A stretch of 64,000 nucleotides of DNA, taken from Balanoglossus misakiensis. Lineage: Eukaryota; Animalia; Hemichordata. Location of the stretch: assembly GCA_040954595.2 (NCBI GenBank), contig CM082586.2, positions 9,455,337 through 9,519,336 on the forward strand, read 5' to 3'. The notes below the pieces were generated by a model that was given only the letters and a program-made list of their open reading frames with translations, made no database searches and had not been told where the DNA came from. Both the position numbers and the translations under genes were made by a program. Shown in pieces: positions 37,136 through 49,366 of this stretch (its first letter is position 1; each line of letters starts with the position of its first letter).

Positions 37136-40100
37136 TTAACAGAAATGTGCATGTAATATTCTATTCAAACCATTACTCTTGTCTTGAACAATCTTTCCTT
37201 AATAGAGAGGTGTCCTGATTAGAGAGATGTCTGTATTAATTGACAGGTTTCACTGTATTATCAACATTTTCAGTTTCATAATCCTTCTGGATGTCTTTGT
37301 CAGAAAATTTTGACAGCAGCCAAAAACTTTCTCTGCCATACTCACAATAAGAGAAAGCTTGCACCTGTGTTTTACTGTTAAATTACCACACCACAAAATA
37401 CTGTAAAACGGGTTATTTTCGCAAGCAACTAATTTTTGCGAAATACGCGAGAGCCAACAAAATGTGAAAATAAAAAGTTGCGTAAAATGTTTTTCGGAGA
37501 TAAAGATGCAATGAAATACAAGAACATGAAAATTAATCCTCGCATAACAGTTGCCTCTTTTAATATCGCAAAAATTTCCTGTCACGAAAATAATCCGTTT
37601 TACAGTAATATTGAAGGTCAGAATGCTTTTGATGAGAGAACAATACACCAGTTGCAAAGTATCTTGACTAACATAAAAATGATTGAATTTTCTAAAGAAG
37701 ATATAATCTCGCAGTTGGTGTATTGTTTCCTCATCAAAAGCATTCTGACCTTCAATATTATTCTGTTGAGCTTTACATGCAATCTAGTCTATATATGTTC
37801 AGAGGCGATTTTATCATCGGTAACAGATCCTAAATACTAAAAGAGCATAAAATGACTGCGACAGATACTTTGTTAGTTGTAACAGGTGTGAAATAAGAAT
37901 TTGGATAACATTGACAGTATTTTGGCTATTGTTGGGGGGTGGGGTGGAGCAATAAGTGATTTTGAAACCCCATGTAACACCTGTCTTACCATTAATATGA
38001 CTGCATTTATGGTACCATAAGGAATGTTAACAAAATGACTGGGGAACCCTGGTTACATTACCCTGATCACCACAATGGTTCAGTCCAACAGCATTGTTTT
38101 CTATGGTAAGGTTGGACCTCTGAAGAGGGAATTGGGGTGGAAGGGTTAAAAAAAAACACTGACTGACAATACTGCCAATAACAAAATATTGTTTTATCTT
38201 CTCTTTGTATACAGCACACCAATACAGAAACATTGTATATTGATCTGCAACTCTCCTCCATATCCTTTGCCAAGTCAAGATAGTATTAATTACAGTGGAT
38301 TTACTGCAGAACAATTGGCTGCCATGTTGGGTGAGGTAAGTAAGCGATGTAAAACATTTCATACAACACTGCATACTAACAATAGTCATATCAACCTGAC
38401 AAGGGAAGATGAAAAAAAACACTAAGCCCCATTGAACAGCTGTATTTTCTTGGAATCTGGTTTTATAATAAACTTTGATTGATTGAAATGTGTTTTACAT
38501 CTAAATGCATCGTTTTGGGAACATTTTCTAGAATGTATGTGATTATTAAATTGAACTTGTATATTTGCTGGGGGCAACTATTTTTTCATTAAAGATGAGG
38601 AATGCCCAATGTTCGGATTGTCTTCAAAAAGATGACAACAACTCAAGTCTCAAAAACTCTTTGTTTTGAATTTTGAATTGTTTTTGTTGCATCAGTAACG
38701 ACTTCACATGTGGATGCCACATTTGATTCTTAGCAAATGTTGTATTTTGATAGAGAGGAGTCCATTCCTCAATCATATCACCCCGCAAACTGCCTGAACT
38801 CCAAAAACTTAGCAACAAAGCGTGAAGTACAGATGGTACCTATGAAGGATTATGCGGCTGATCCACACCACATGATACTTCTCAAAGGTTATCAACTTGC
38901 TGGTAGGTATCTGTTGCTATGCAAATATTTGCAATCATACCATCCTGATTCTAAAGTTCACAGGTCAAATATATAACTTGTTTATGTGGCCATTTACAAC
39001 CAATTCATCATTTTGTGGTTTGTTAAAATGTTACTCGAAATCGGTACTTCCATGAAATGGTTGTAATATATTTAATAATATTTATTACACATCACAAATT
39101 ATTATGCGCTCTTGGTTGGCTAATACTAAATATGATAGTACTTCATGACCTCTGCACACGAACTGTGCCTTACAGAAGTTATTTTCGCGAGTGATGCAGT
39201 GTATTCTGTTGCAGTACTTTCACAAGCCAAGCATTTTATTCCCCATCATGTCAATGCCTGGCCAATGAATTACACATCCTCCTGAAAATTGCTGGTAGGT
39301 GAGAAATCAGTTTCCATGGTTGCATCCTGGATGAAACACTGGTACAGGTTCAAGACAAGTTTAGTGACATTGTGTAAATCCACAGAAGAATTTCACATCA
39401 ACTCTATAATCTTCAATTTTTCTCATGATTGTGTTTCAGAAAAATCTGTGTCAAGTGGTGATACATAAGAGGTTGCCATCGTGAAACCTAAAACCATAGC
39501 AACCACTTCAGTGTCTACAACCACTACCACAACACAGCCATTGAAACCCGCATCAACAGTTACCATGTTTACAGCATCTACCTCCAGTATGACCTCAAAT
39601 CCTCTCAAATCAACTGTTGGGAGTTCAACTCCAGGTAAAGTCTCCAGTGTTGCTTATGAGACATTTGTCAAATTAGGTCCGCACATAATTAGACCACCAA
39701 GTGAAGTGTGAGATATAGTAGAATATTGCCATGTTGATCTTCACTACAATATTAGTTAAAGTTATATAGCACTCTGTGATCAACGAGTTGAAAATACAGC
39801 ATGAGCTGTAGTCCCCTTCATCAGCTGTACACGTAGAATGAACAGAGAAACAGAGAATCATGGGGTATTCAAAGTAGGAAATATGTGCAGGACCAGGTGC
39901 ATCGATCAGAAAAATTTCCTACAGTGGATTTTCTATCTGAGGATGGTGACTTCATGACCGCGATATTGTGCCCTTGAGCGAGGCACTTTACTTCTCATTG
40001 CTCTTGGGAGACTGGCTTTGTAGAGGTGATTTGCACCTGTTCTAGTCTTTCTACTAGACATATTTTCTGTGTTTGCGATTGATGAATTAATAATGGGAAA

Positions 40101-40939
40101 TTTTTGTAAACTTCGCGAGAACCAACAAATGCGAATTAAAAAGTCATATAAAAATGTTTTTCGGGGATATTGGTGAAGTTAGTGAAATATAAGAATGCGA
40201 AATTTAATTGTAGCATAACAGCTGTCTCTATTGATATTGCGAAAATTTCTTGTCACAGAAATTTCCCGTTTTACAGTTCATAAATAAATCAACTAGATCT
40301 TTTTACTGCAGATGCCACACCAACTAATCATCTGTTACCTGGACGACCAAGTCAAATTGGAAGTCAGTCTCCACAACAACTGTCATCCTCTCAACAGAAA
40401 CTGACTCAACCGAGTCAGCCCCAGATGCAGGGCCAAGGTAAAAGGTCATCAATGCCTGTTGCCCAGCCTACCAGTTTACCAAACCAACCAGTATCCACTG
40501 TCACAGCAAACAGGACACAACAACCCAATGTGACTGCCTCAAGTATCCCCATGAGACAATTTTTGTCCACTCAGGTACAGTTGTTGTCTATGTGATTTAA
40601 ATTAGCTGTTTCTAGTTACCCATCTTGTGAATTGAAAGCTTTTTATGACTGTTTCACATAGCCTTGTTTTACCATTTTCTATACAGTAAACTATTGTTTC
40701 AAAACACATTCAAAACTTCTGTTTTGGTTGCTAGAAACCCACTCTATGAATGCAAAGACTCTTTTGGATAATGCCTGAGACTCAGTGATCAATTTCAATT
40801 TTTAATGAGATTAATGTTGATAAGCCCTAATGTGGGTATATGTGTTGAAAATAGGACTTAGAGAGTTGCAAGCTCAACATCGAATCAAAAATTGAAGTCA
40901 TGAATTTAAAATGGGGTTTTGAATACTGGCCTTGATAAT

Positions 40940-41615
40940 ATAAGGTTATTCACAAAATACCGGGATTTATGTCCGAGTACATCGTGCAGCGCAGGTATTG
41001 TCCGAGACGCGCAGCGTCGAGGACAATACCGAAGCGTACGATGTACGAGGACATAAATCCCGGTATTTTGTGAATAACCTTATTATTATACACCTTTTCC
41101 AGACGTCCTTGATGAACGATAAAGAATAAATAGGCCGCTATCGGACTTTCTAGTTTTCAGACGCCGCCATGATGTAATTTGCATATCGAACGCGCCTTGA
41201 CCTCGCGCATCGCATCAGGTGATGCTAGTGTCGAGCTGCCGATGTCTCGCGCGCGACGTTCTACGCTGCTTGCGCTGAGCTCGTTCTGGAACTTGAAATG
41301 AACGCGCTCGCCTGTTCGTTCACAGATTCCTTCGACTGAAATTTCAGCGTGGATTTTGACTTATTTCGCATCTTGGGTCACCAATAATTTTGTTTAATAA
41401 CGGCTGTGTACTTTTTTATATAATTTTTTGTCAGAGTAGGGTTAATATCATTGGTTACATTGATCACAGGTCCTGTGAGGTCAAAGTCACAATGCGTCCA
41501 ATAACCCTGTGGGTTATGGGACTCCGCGTCCTCATTTGAATAATTATTGTAAGGTGATACCGCGAATTATTGTATCACGGAACTCCATAGGTTACAGCAG
41601 TAGGTGTATAATAAT
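40940..41615. mobile_element. Non-autonomous Crypton-type element (terminal long hairpin plus offset IR), present only in duplication copy 1
   Basis: Hairpin TAAGGTTATTCACAAAATACCGGGATTTATGTCC...GGACATAAATCCCGGTATTTTGTGAATAACCTTA, then TTATTATACACCT, whose inverse AGGTGTATAATAA ends the element. The empty site at about 56028 reads GATAATGCTTC, so ATAAT is repeated. Confidence 0.75.
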
Positions 41616-43124
41616 GCTTCATATTAACTAGGTTTGTTACTCTTTTTGGACAGGCAACTTCACCACCAAAGATGACTTCCCAGCATGCACCAGCTGCTGC
41701 ACTGAAAGCCGCAGAGGGTGTCATGCAAATGGCAAATGTTAGTCAGTTCAGTAAGATGCCACCAATTGCTGCTGTGAATCCTATCAACTCACAGTCACGA
41801 CAGAAATGGCCACAAAGAGGTAGGTACAGTCAAACCTGTCTATACTGGCCAGTCAAGGGACTTCCAAAACTGACATTTATAGACAGGTGGCTTCTATAGA
41901 CTGGTCAATAAATGTGCAATGTACATGTACATGAAATGAAACAAAGTTGCCACTACATAGAGGTGGCCACAAACACATAGTTGACTGTCATATATGTTAT
42001 GTTGCCATGGCAGTCATTTACCATGAGTTCGATTGTACATTGCCAAAACCGGAGGAAAAAAATATTCAAGTTCCCCTTTTCATATTCTCCATCAATGGTA
42101 TAATACGCCAGTGTCATGACCACACACAACTTCCACCCTGCTTGTAGCCACGAGAGTGAAAAAAACCTCACCAATATGAACAATCGGTCTCTATCATTTA
42201 TTCATTTTCGGCGAGTTTTTATGCTCTTATCATTCAAGCGGGATGGAAATTGTGTATGGTTGAACATTCATTCACTACATATACATATGTACATTAACAT
42301 AAAATGTCTCTTGTATCAAACATAATGGAAAAAAAGGGCAGCGAGAGAGAGACTTTGTCCCTTTAATAGAAATGTGCATCTATTTCAACTATTACTTCTG
42401 TCTTGAACAATCTTTCCTTAATAGAGTGGTGTACTGATTAGAGAGATGTCTTATTGACAGGTTTCACTGTATAATATCAACATTTTCAGTTCCATAATCC
42501 TTCAGTGTTTGCCAGAGAATTTCGACAGCACTCAAAAACTTTCTCTGCCATACTCACAATAAGAGAAAGCTTGCACCTGTGTTTTACTGTTAAATTACCA
42601 TACCACAAAAAACAGTTTGTTTTTGCGAGCAATAAAGTTTTCGCGAAATATGCGAGAACCAACAAACGTGAAAATAAAAAGTCGCGTGAAATGTTTTTCG
42701 TAGATAAAGATGCAATGAAATACGAGAATGTGAAAATTAATCCTCGCGTAACAGTTTGGTCTTTTAATGTCGCGAAAAATTTCCTTTCATGAAAATAATC
42801 CGTTTTACAGTCTGGTAATATTGAAGGTCAGAATGCTTTTGATGAGAGAACAATACACCAGTTGCAAAGTATCTTGACAAACATGAAATGATTGAATTCT
42901 CCAAAGAAGATATAATCTCGCAGTTGGTGTGTTGTTTCCTCATCAAAAGCATTCTGACCTTCAATATTATTCTGTTGAGCTATACATGCAATCTAGTCTA
43001 TATATGAACAGAAACATTGTATATTGATCTGCAACTCTCCTCCACATCCCTTGCCAAGTCAAGATAGTATTAATTACAGTGGATTTACTGCAAAACAATT
43101 GGCTGCCATGTTGGGTGAGGTAAG

Positions 43125-44182
43125 CAGTGTTTTCTCCAGGACGCGCGATTGCGTGATTCCCCCTCGATTCCCCCTCTTTTACACTTGAATCGCCCCTTGA
43201 ACTTGTTACAAGGGGCGATTCAATCGCCCCTTTCTAGAGCAGCCCACCTAGCCAGTACATGTGCGTCCATGCCTCCATAGCATGCACTGTCAGTCAAAAC
43301 ACTGGGAAAATGGCCGATATTACTGCATGCTGGCCTATACATTTTAACTTCCCACCCCAAAACTATGTTGTAGATGTCTTTCACATTCAATTATGTGTAC
43401 TTTAGCTCCAGGGCTATAGTGTGCAATTATTGGAACAGCCAAAGAGTTCTATCTGGACACCGTCTAAATTTAGAGCACACATTCAAGTGAACTTGTTGTT
43501 ATGGTGACCTTTGAAATTGGGTTGGCAGAACGTAACAATTTTATGCAAATTAAGAGAACTGCGTTCATGCCATGGCGATTATCAAGGATGTATAATTTTT
43601 CCGTGACCTCGTTTTCTTACTTAGGAAGGAAAGTCATTCAATATGTACAGAGACTGTTTACTTTGAGTAGTGTGCCTAGCCACGTACAGATGGGGAAGTG
43701 TACTGCAGAAATCTGAAGGAAAATATACCACTTCAATTTATTCCACTATTAATGGTTTCACAATCTAATATTTTGGCAGCTAAACTGAAACTTTTAAAAG
43801 CAAACAAGATAATTTTTTCCCAGGTATAGTATTAAAGAAAGACACTATTGTTTTTGCAGTTGCATTCATTTTATTCATTTCACTCTCCTTGCCAGGGGAG
43901 CAGTTCTTAGTCACTCTCCTACCACTTGTGTAAAACATTTCAGGAAAGTTATTTTCAGCTCTCCAGCATTTTTTAAATTACACGCCCTGAAAGTTATGCA
44001 AGCTGGATTGTTCCTCTGCAAAATCTACTAATTTATTATTCAAAATGGTCATTACTTGATATTTACCTAAGTAACATAAATTATGCAAATCATGATTCCC
44101 CCCTATTTTGACCAAATCCCCCCCTTAATTTTAGACTAAGGGGGAATTCCCCCCTTCTCTCAACATCCTGGAGAAAACACTG
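43125..44182. mobile_element. CAG-ended MITE, 17-bp TIR, probable 6-bp TSD (hAT6-like)
   Basis: CAGTGTTTTCTCCAGGA...TCCTGGAGAAAACACTG. Flanks are GGTAAG and GGTCAG (1 mismatch). Subterminal ATTCCCCC repeats. Absent from copy 1. Confidence 0.8.
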
Positions 44183-44813
44183 GGTCAGCGATGTAAAGGA
44201 GTAGCTCTAAGTGAGCGCTGTTTAAGGCGCGGTGGGGACAGTACGGGTCCATGTGCCCACCAATCATATGCTGTCTGAAGCCCGCCGGAGGGAAAGTTTC
44301 CCGGGCTTGTCATTGCCACTTTTGCATTCGGCGGAGCAGCAGGCTGGACACGGGACGCTATTCCCTTCCGTAGTGTCAAGCGACACTGACAGCGGACTGT
44401 ACGTTTATTCAAGTGGTACACTTTGACTTTCACGATCCTTGAGACAGCGGAACTGACCCATTCAGAGGTATTGTCACGATTTCTGAGATTATCGCTAACC
44501 TACCTTATCCACAGTTTTGAGACTTGGCTCGAACGCTCCCCCGATTGACACTGCTACTTTTGCCGCGTCGGACTGGCGAGAAAAAAGGGCAACGCTGAAG
44601 ACACCTCAAACGCTACCTACGGGTAGGCCCGTGCCTGATCCTTCGCTCGTTATATCTGGGTCTGTACCTGAATCAGTGCCCGCGCCGGACTCTGAAGTAC
44701 AAAACTGGGCCGATCAACATGGGATCTTACTGCCAACTCTGAATGTGTTAGCGGCCAACGGGTTTACTACGATGCAAGTGGTCAGATAAATTCAGCATGA
44801 CGATTTATATTTC

Positions 44814-45905
44814 ATGAAGATATCTCCTCTTGCCCAGTTTCGGCAATTGGACGCAGCGCTTATCGAGCTTGCCTCACAGAAACGTACGACCGCTCGACGG
44901 GCAGATGTGGCGGGAGATCGAGATGCCACCCAAGTCGCTGACCGGAACCGTGCGCCCTCGCATACGACGGCCGGACAACAATACACAGACAACATGGTGG
45001 CCCCCAGTACATCAGACTCCCACGAAGCCAGTTCAGCGAGCGCGAAGACCGTCGACTCCGAACAGGCACAACAGGCAAGTCGAGGAGAAGTTGGACTGGA
45101 CTCGCTGCTTCAGGCGTTGAATATCAACGCGGGACCACTGAACAATGACCTGACCCCGCCCAGGAAGATACCTCAGCGCATGGACTTAGAACCCATGGTG
45201 TATTTAAAACCGGCGTCCATGGCAGGTTTGAAATTTTATGACATTGTTGACTATGTACCAAGCTCCCTACAGGCTAAGGTCGACCAAAAAGTGCTGGCCT
45301 TTGGAGCGGGGGAAAACAAACTGGTGTTTGAATCGGGTCCATCAAAACCAAAATTAGGGTCGGTGACCCCTCAGCAATGGTCTGCGGCCAACTCTCGCAT
45401 TTTGTACGAACTCATTTCAAAGCACAATTACAACCTTACTCAAGTACAAGAGTATTCAGCATACACCATTAAAGTGTGTCAACTGGCAGACCGATATGAA
45501 TGGGTGTCTGTTTTGCATTATGATCGGGAGTTCCGTAAACTACAAGCAGCCTATAATTTACCATGGGGAACTGACTCCCAACATTTGTCCACTGTGTATT
45601 TGAGGGAAAAAGGGGCAGTGCAAAACAAAGCACGGGGGTCATATCAGGTCAAAAATGGTAAGTCTACTTCTGCGGCGCCCGTTGATGTCAAGACAGGACA
45701 ACCCATTTGTATCGGTTACAATAAAGGGGATTGCAAGTTCGGGGTAAAATGTAATTACAGTCATATATGTTTGGATTGCAAAAAGGGCCATTCCAAAATC
45801 AACCACCCAAACTTGTCAGGGGGGAACCAAAGAGCGAGAACAAGCCACTTCAAGGGTAACTTACCTGCCCACCCCTCCCCCCTTCCCTTCAGCCTTACGT
45901 TATGA
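44814..45905 (+). CDS. Ngaro/DIRS gag-like protein with a C-terminal Cys/His zinc finger (5' part 44517-44789 likely belongs to it, separated by a stop)
   Basis: WVSVLHYDREFRK motif and CIGYNKGDCKFGVKCNYSHICLDCKKGH. Confidence 0.75.
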   Translation: MKISPLAQFRQLDAALIELASQKRTTARRADVAGDRDATQVADRNRAPSHTTAGQQYTDNMVAPSTSDSHEASSASAKTVDSEQAQQASRGEVGLDSLLQALNINAGPLNNDLTPPRKIPQRMDLEPMVYLKPASMAGLKFYDIVDYVPSSLQAKVDQKVLAFGAGENKLVFESGPSKPKLGSVTPQQWSAANSRILYELISKHNYNLTQVQEYSAYTIKVCQLADRYEWVSVLHYDREFRKLQAAYNLPWGTDSQHLSTVYLREKGAVQNKARGSYQVKNGKSTSAAPVDVKTGQPICIGYNKGDCKFGVKCNYSHICLDCKKGHSKINHPNLSGGNQRARTSHFKGNLPAHPSPLPFSLTL

Positions 45906-46062
45906 AGCCTGGGTTACTGAAATTTTCCCCAATGACCCAGACAAAGATTTTATTCTTGACGGGATTGAACAGGGTTTTTGCATTGTCGATCCTGGTTCTA
46001 ATATCCGCCCTGCTGAGACAAATAATTACAAATCTGCAACGGACCCCTCATTTCGTGTTGCA

Positions 46063-47612
46063 GTGGAGGAACAAATTTTGGTTGAGTTGAGTGAAGGTCG
46101 TTATGAGGTCACATCTGACAAACCAACTATTGTAAGCGCACTGGGGGCCATTCCCAAACAAAACTCACCAGATGTTAGACTGATTCATGATTGCAGTCAA
46201 CCGCCCAATTTTGCAGTCAACGACTATGCAACTAATCCTTCGTTTTCCTTCCAAACCTTTGGGGAGGCCACCAAATTAATTAAGCCAGGGTCCTTTTTAG
46301 CTAAGGTGGATTTGAAGTCTGCATACAGGTCTGTCCGTATCCATCCATCTAATTATAGTGCTACTGGGTTGAAATGGACCTTTTCTAACATGCAAGAGGC
46401 TACTTATATGTTCGACACGAGGCTCCCATTTGGAGCCAAAAAGGCCCCCATCATTTTTCACCGTCTCACCCAAGCTGTGCGTAGGATGATGCATCGCAAG
46501 GGTTATGTTTGTTTAGTGGTCTACCTTGATGATTTCCTCATTGTTGCAGATACTCACCAGGAGTGCCAAATTGCCCTGAACACCCTTATTTCATTGCTTC
46601 GTAAGTTAGGGTTTGCTATTGCTTGGGGTAAGGTTGAGAGACCCACTCAACGGTTAGTATTTTTAGGTATTGAAATTGATACCCGCGCTTTTACTGTTGC
46701 CTTGCTGCTGCCAAAGCTTCATGAGCTTTATTCATTGCTGCTTATTTTTCACACAAAAACACGTGCATCCCGCCGCCAGCTGCAATTCCTTGCTGGGAAA
46801 TTAAACTGGGCTTGCCAGGTCATTGTCGGAGGTAGGACTTTCCTCCGTCGCATCCTGGATTGCATTAATAATCTCCGCCAACCTTCTCATAAAGTTATCC
46901 TTGGTAGGGAATTTAAGGCCGATCTTGATTGGTGGATTCGCTTTTTACCACATTTTAATGGCACTTGCAAGATTCTGAATACAGACCCTATAACTGATGT
47001 GCATACAGATGCTAGCAACACCGCTGCCGGTGCTTATTTTAGGGGGGATTGGGTGTACACCAGGTGGGCTGACTGGCCATCTACTTCACACTTCATATTA
47101 ATTACAAAGAGGTGCTGGCTGTTGCAGTGGCAGCACAAAGATGGGCACCTGTGTGGGCAAATCATAGAGTTGTAATTCACACGGACAGTATGTCTGCTAT
47201 GGGTATGCTTAATAAGGGGACATGTCGCCATCCATTCATGATGTCTGTGCTTCGTTCTCTATTTTGGCTCTCAGCTTCTTACAACTTCAGCATTCAAGCA
47301 GTTTATGTTCCTGGTAAACTCAATCACATTCCTGATGCCATTTCCAGGTTGCATCAACCAGGTCAGTTCATGAGGTTGCATACACTGCTCCACCCTTATG
47401 GAGAGCTCCACCCCACCTTCACCTTAGCTAGCTTCCCACTTCACATGCCTTATACTGCTGCTACCTTTCTTACTCGTCAGATCCAGAGATCAAACAGCTG
47501 GAGGAACATCTGGATAGGGAAGTGGCCACATATAGAGGAAGTGCCTTTGCAGAAAATACACAGCGCACATACTCTGTCCACTGGAAGTCATACATCTCCT
47601 TTTGTGTTATGA
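46063..47612 (+). pseudogene. Reverse transcriptase/RNase H, frameshifted near 47085-47110
   Basis: RLIHD, KVDLKSAYR, LPFG, YLDDFL, TDAS, then in a shifted frame HTDS and NHIPDAISR. Confidence 0.9.
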
Positions 47613-49366
47613 TGGGTTACCCCCCTTTGCCAGCCAGTAGTGACCTGGTTTGTCGTTACACAGCCTACTTAGCTCGCCGTCTAAAGTTCAACTCAGTGAA
47701 GCAGTATTTAAATATTATTCGTATTTTGCACTTAGAGCATGGCTTCGCCAATCCACTCCAAGACAATTGGCTGCTGACTATGCTGTTAAAGGGCATAGCC
47801 AAAGTTAAGGGAACTACAGTTGCCAGGAAGCTGCCTCTCACCCCCACATTGTTATTGGGCATTCACAGTCAGTTATGTTTTTCATCAGCCTTTGATTCTG
47901 TCTTTTGGGCAGCCTGCCTTGTGGGTTTCTTTGGGTTGCTGCGCAAATCCAATTTCTTAGTTCCTTCAGGCTCTAAGTTTGACCCAGACAAACATCTAAC
48001 TAGGGCTTCCTTCCAGGTGCATGCATGGGGTCTCACCATCATTATTCAATGGACCAAAACGCTACAAACTCGGGATCGGGTTCTTCAAGTTCCTCTCCCA
48101 TGGATTCGCAATCACCCATTATGCCCTGTTCAGTGATTGGGAAGTCTGAAAACACCAATGTGCCAATGGCCCCATCCTAGCCAAAATGAATGGGCCATTT
48201 TGAACTTCAATGGGACATTCAAAATTTGTAATGAGCCCTACAGTATCGAAAAAAATCGAATGAAATTTAGATGCAAAATATCATCAGTTCAAAATTGTTT
48301 ATATTGTCATTTACATGTCTATATAACATGTGTTTATCAGTCTCTTCTTTCCATCGAAGTCAGTGGAAATAGACATTTTGATGTAGATTTTGCCTGGGTT
48401 ATACTAAAACCATACTCATTAATTGAAGAATGGCTGTACAGGAACAAGTTTGAAAACAATGATTGCTATTTTTCTCACTTGACTGGATAACACAATAGCA
48501 TGCAAGGGGACGAGCAAAAGTGAGCAAAAGCGAAGATTTTATGCTTGATAAAATCCACAAATTGATGATGGAAACGACAGTCTTGCTGCTGAAAAGAGAT
48601 GCCTTCCTTTTATGCTTCTTTTTGACTCAAAATCGACATCACGGGTGTCTGCCGTCTGCTATCCTGTGTGCAAGTATTTTGCAGACGCGTTCGAACGCAT
48701 GGCATGACCTCCAACAAAAGTTGCTACATCTTTCGTCAAGTTTAGATAACTTGTTGCGATCGGTACGCTGAGCTGCGTTACTTGTTGCAATTTGTACGTG
48801 TTACTATGGGCACCATAAAATGAGGCTATTTATAGGACGCCTTGATGGCATTATAGGCGAGGATGCTAAACAAAATTTTTTTTCCTAAGTATTTCGGACT
48901 CAAATTTCAATGCGCACTTCGGGCGCAAAGTAACAAATTTCAATGCGTCACTTTTCAGTTCAATGCGACTATGGCGCAGGGCGCGTTGACTTCCCAATCA
49001 CTGCCTGTTTCTGCAGTCCTTAGGGCATTTCAGCATTCTAAGGGGGCACCCCCTACAGGCCCAGCCTTTGTCATCCCTGCAGGTAATGGTAGCTTCCGCC
49101 CGCTCACTGTCCCACAGTTCACCTCAAAGCTCTGCACCCATCTTAGTCGCCTAGGGGTGCAGGTCAGTGAATATTCTTCACACAGTCTCCGTCGGGGAAG
49201 GGCATCCTGGGCAATACAGTGTGGGGTTCCCAGTGATATAATTAAGCTGATGGGGGATTGGAGGAGTGATGCATACCTTCGTTACTTGGTCCTCCCCCTC
49301 CCTTTCAAAGTTAACTCTGTTAAGCTTTGTGCCAAACAGCTTCCTTTTTCTACTTCTACATTGTAA
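47522..49366 (+). pseudogene. Tyrosine recombinase of the retroelement, split by a MITE at 48131-49003
   Basis: GLLRKSN (R), WTKT (K), HSLRRG (HxxR) and GDWRSDAYLRY (W, Y). Removing the MITE and one TSD restores HPLCPVSAVL in frame. Confidence 0.9.
48131..49003. mobile_element. CAG-ended MITE with 16-bp TIR and perfect 6-bp TSD CCTGTT (hAT6-like)
   Basis: CAGTGATTGGGAAGTC...GACTTCCCAATCACTG, with CCTGTT at 48125-48130 and 49004-49009. Confidence 0.9.

Larger units (their letters stand above)
35994..41819 (+). pseudogene. MED25: Partial MED25 pseudogene, copy 1 (exons 35994-36092, 38215-38335, 38754-38902, 39440-39634, 40312-40574, 41654-41819)
   Basis: Spliced translation SGAGEKYGMISEGLSTALQLFDDMKSLR / QKHCILICNSPPYPLPSQDSINYSGFTAEQLAAMLGE / RGVHSSIISPRKLPEL..KDYAADPHHMILLKG matches the C-terminal half of the MED25 vWA domain. 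There is a frameshift in the third exon and a TAA in the fourth. No N-terminal vWA exons or ACID domain are seen. Confidence 0.85.
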
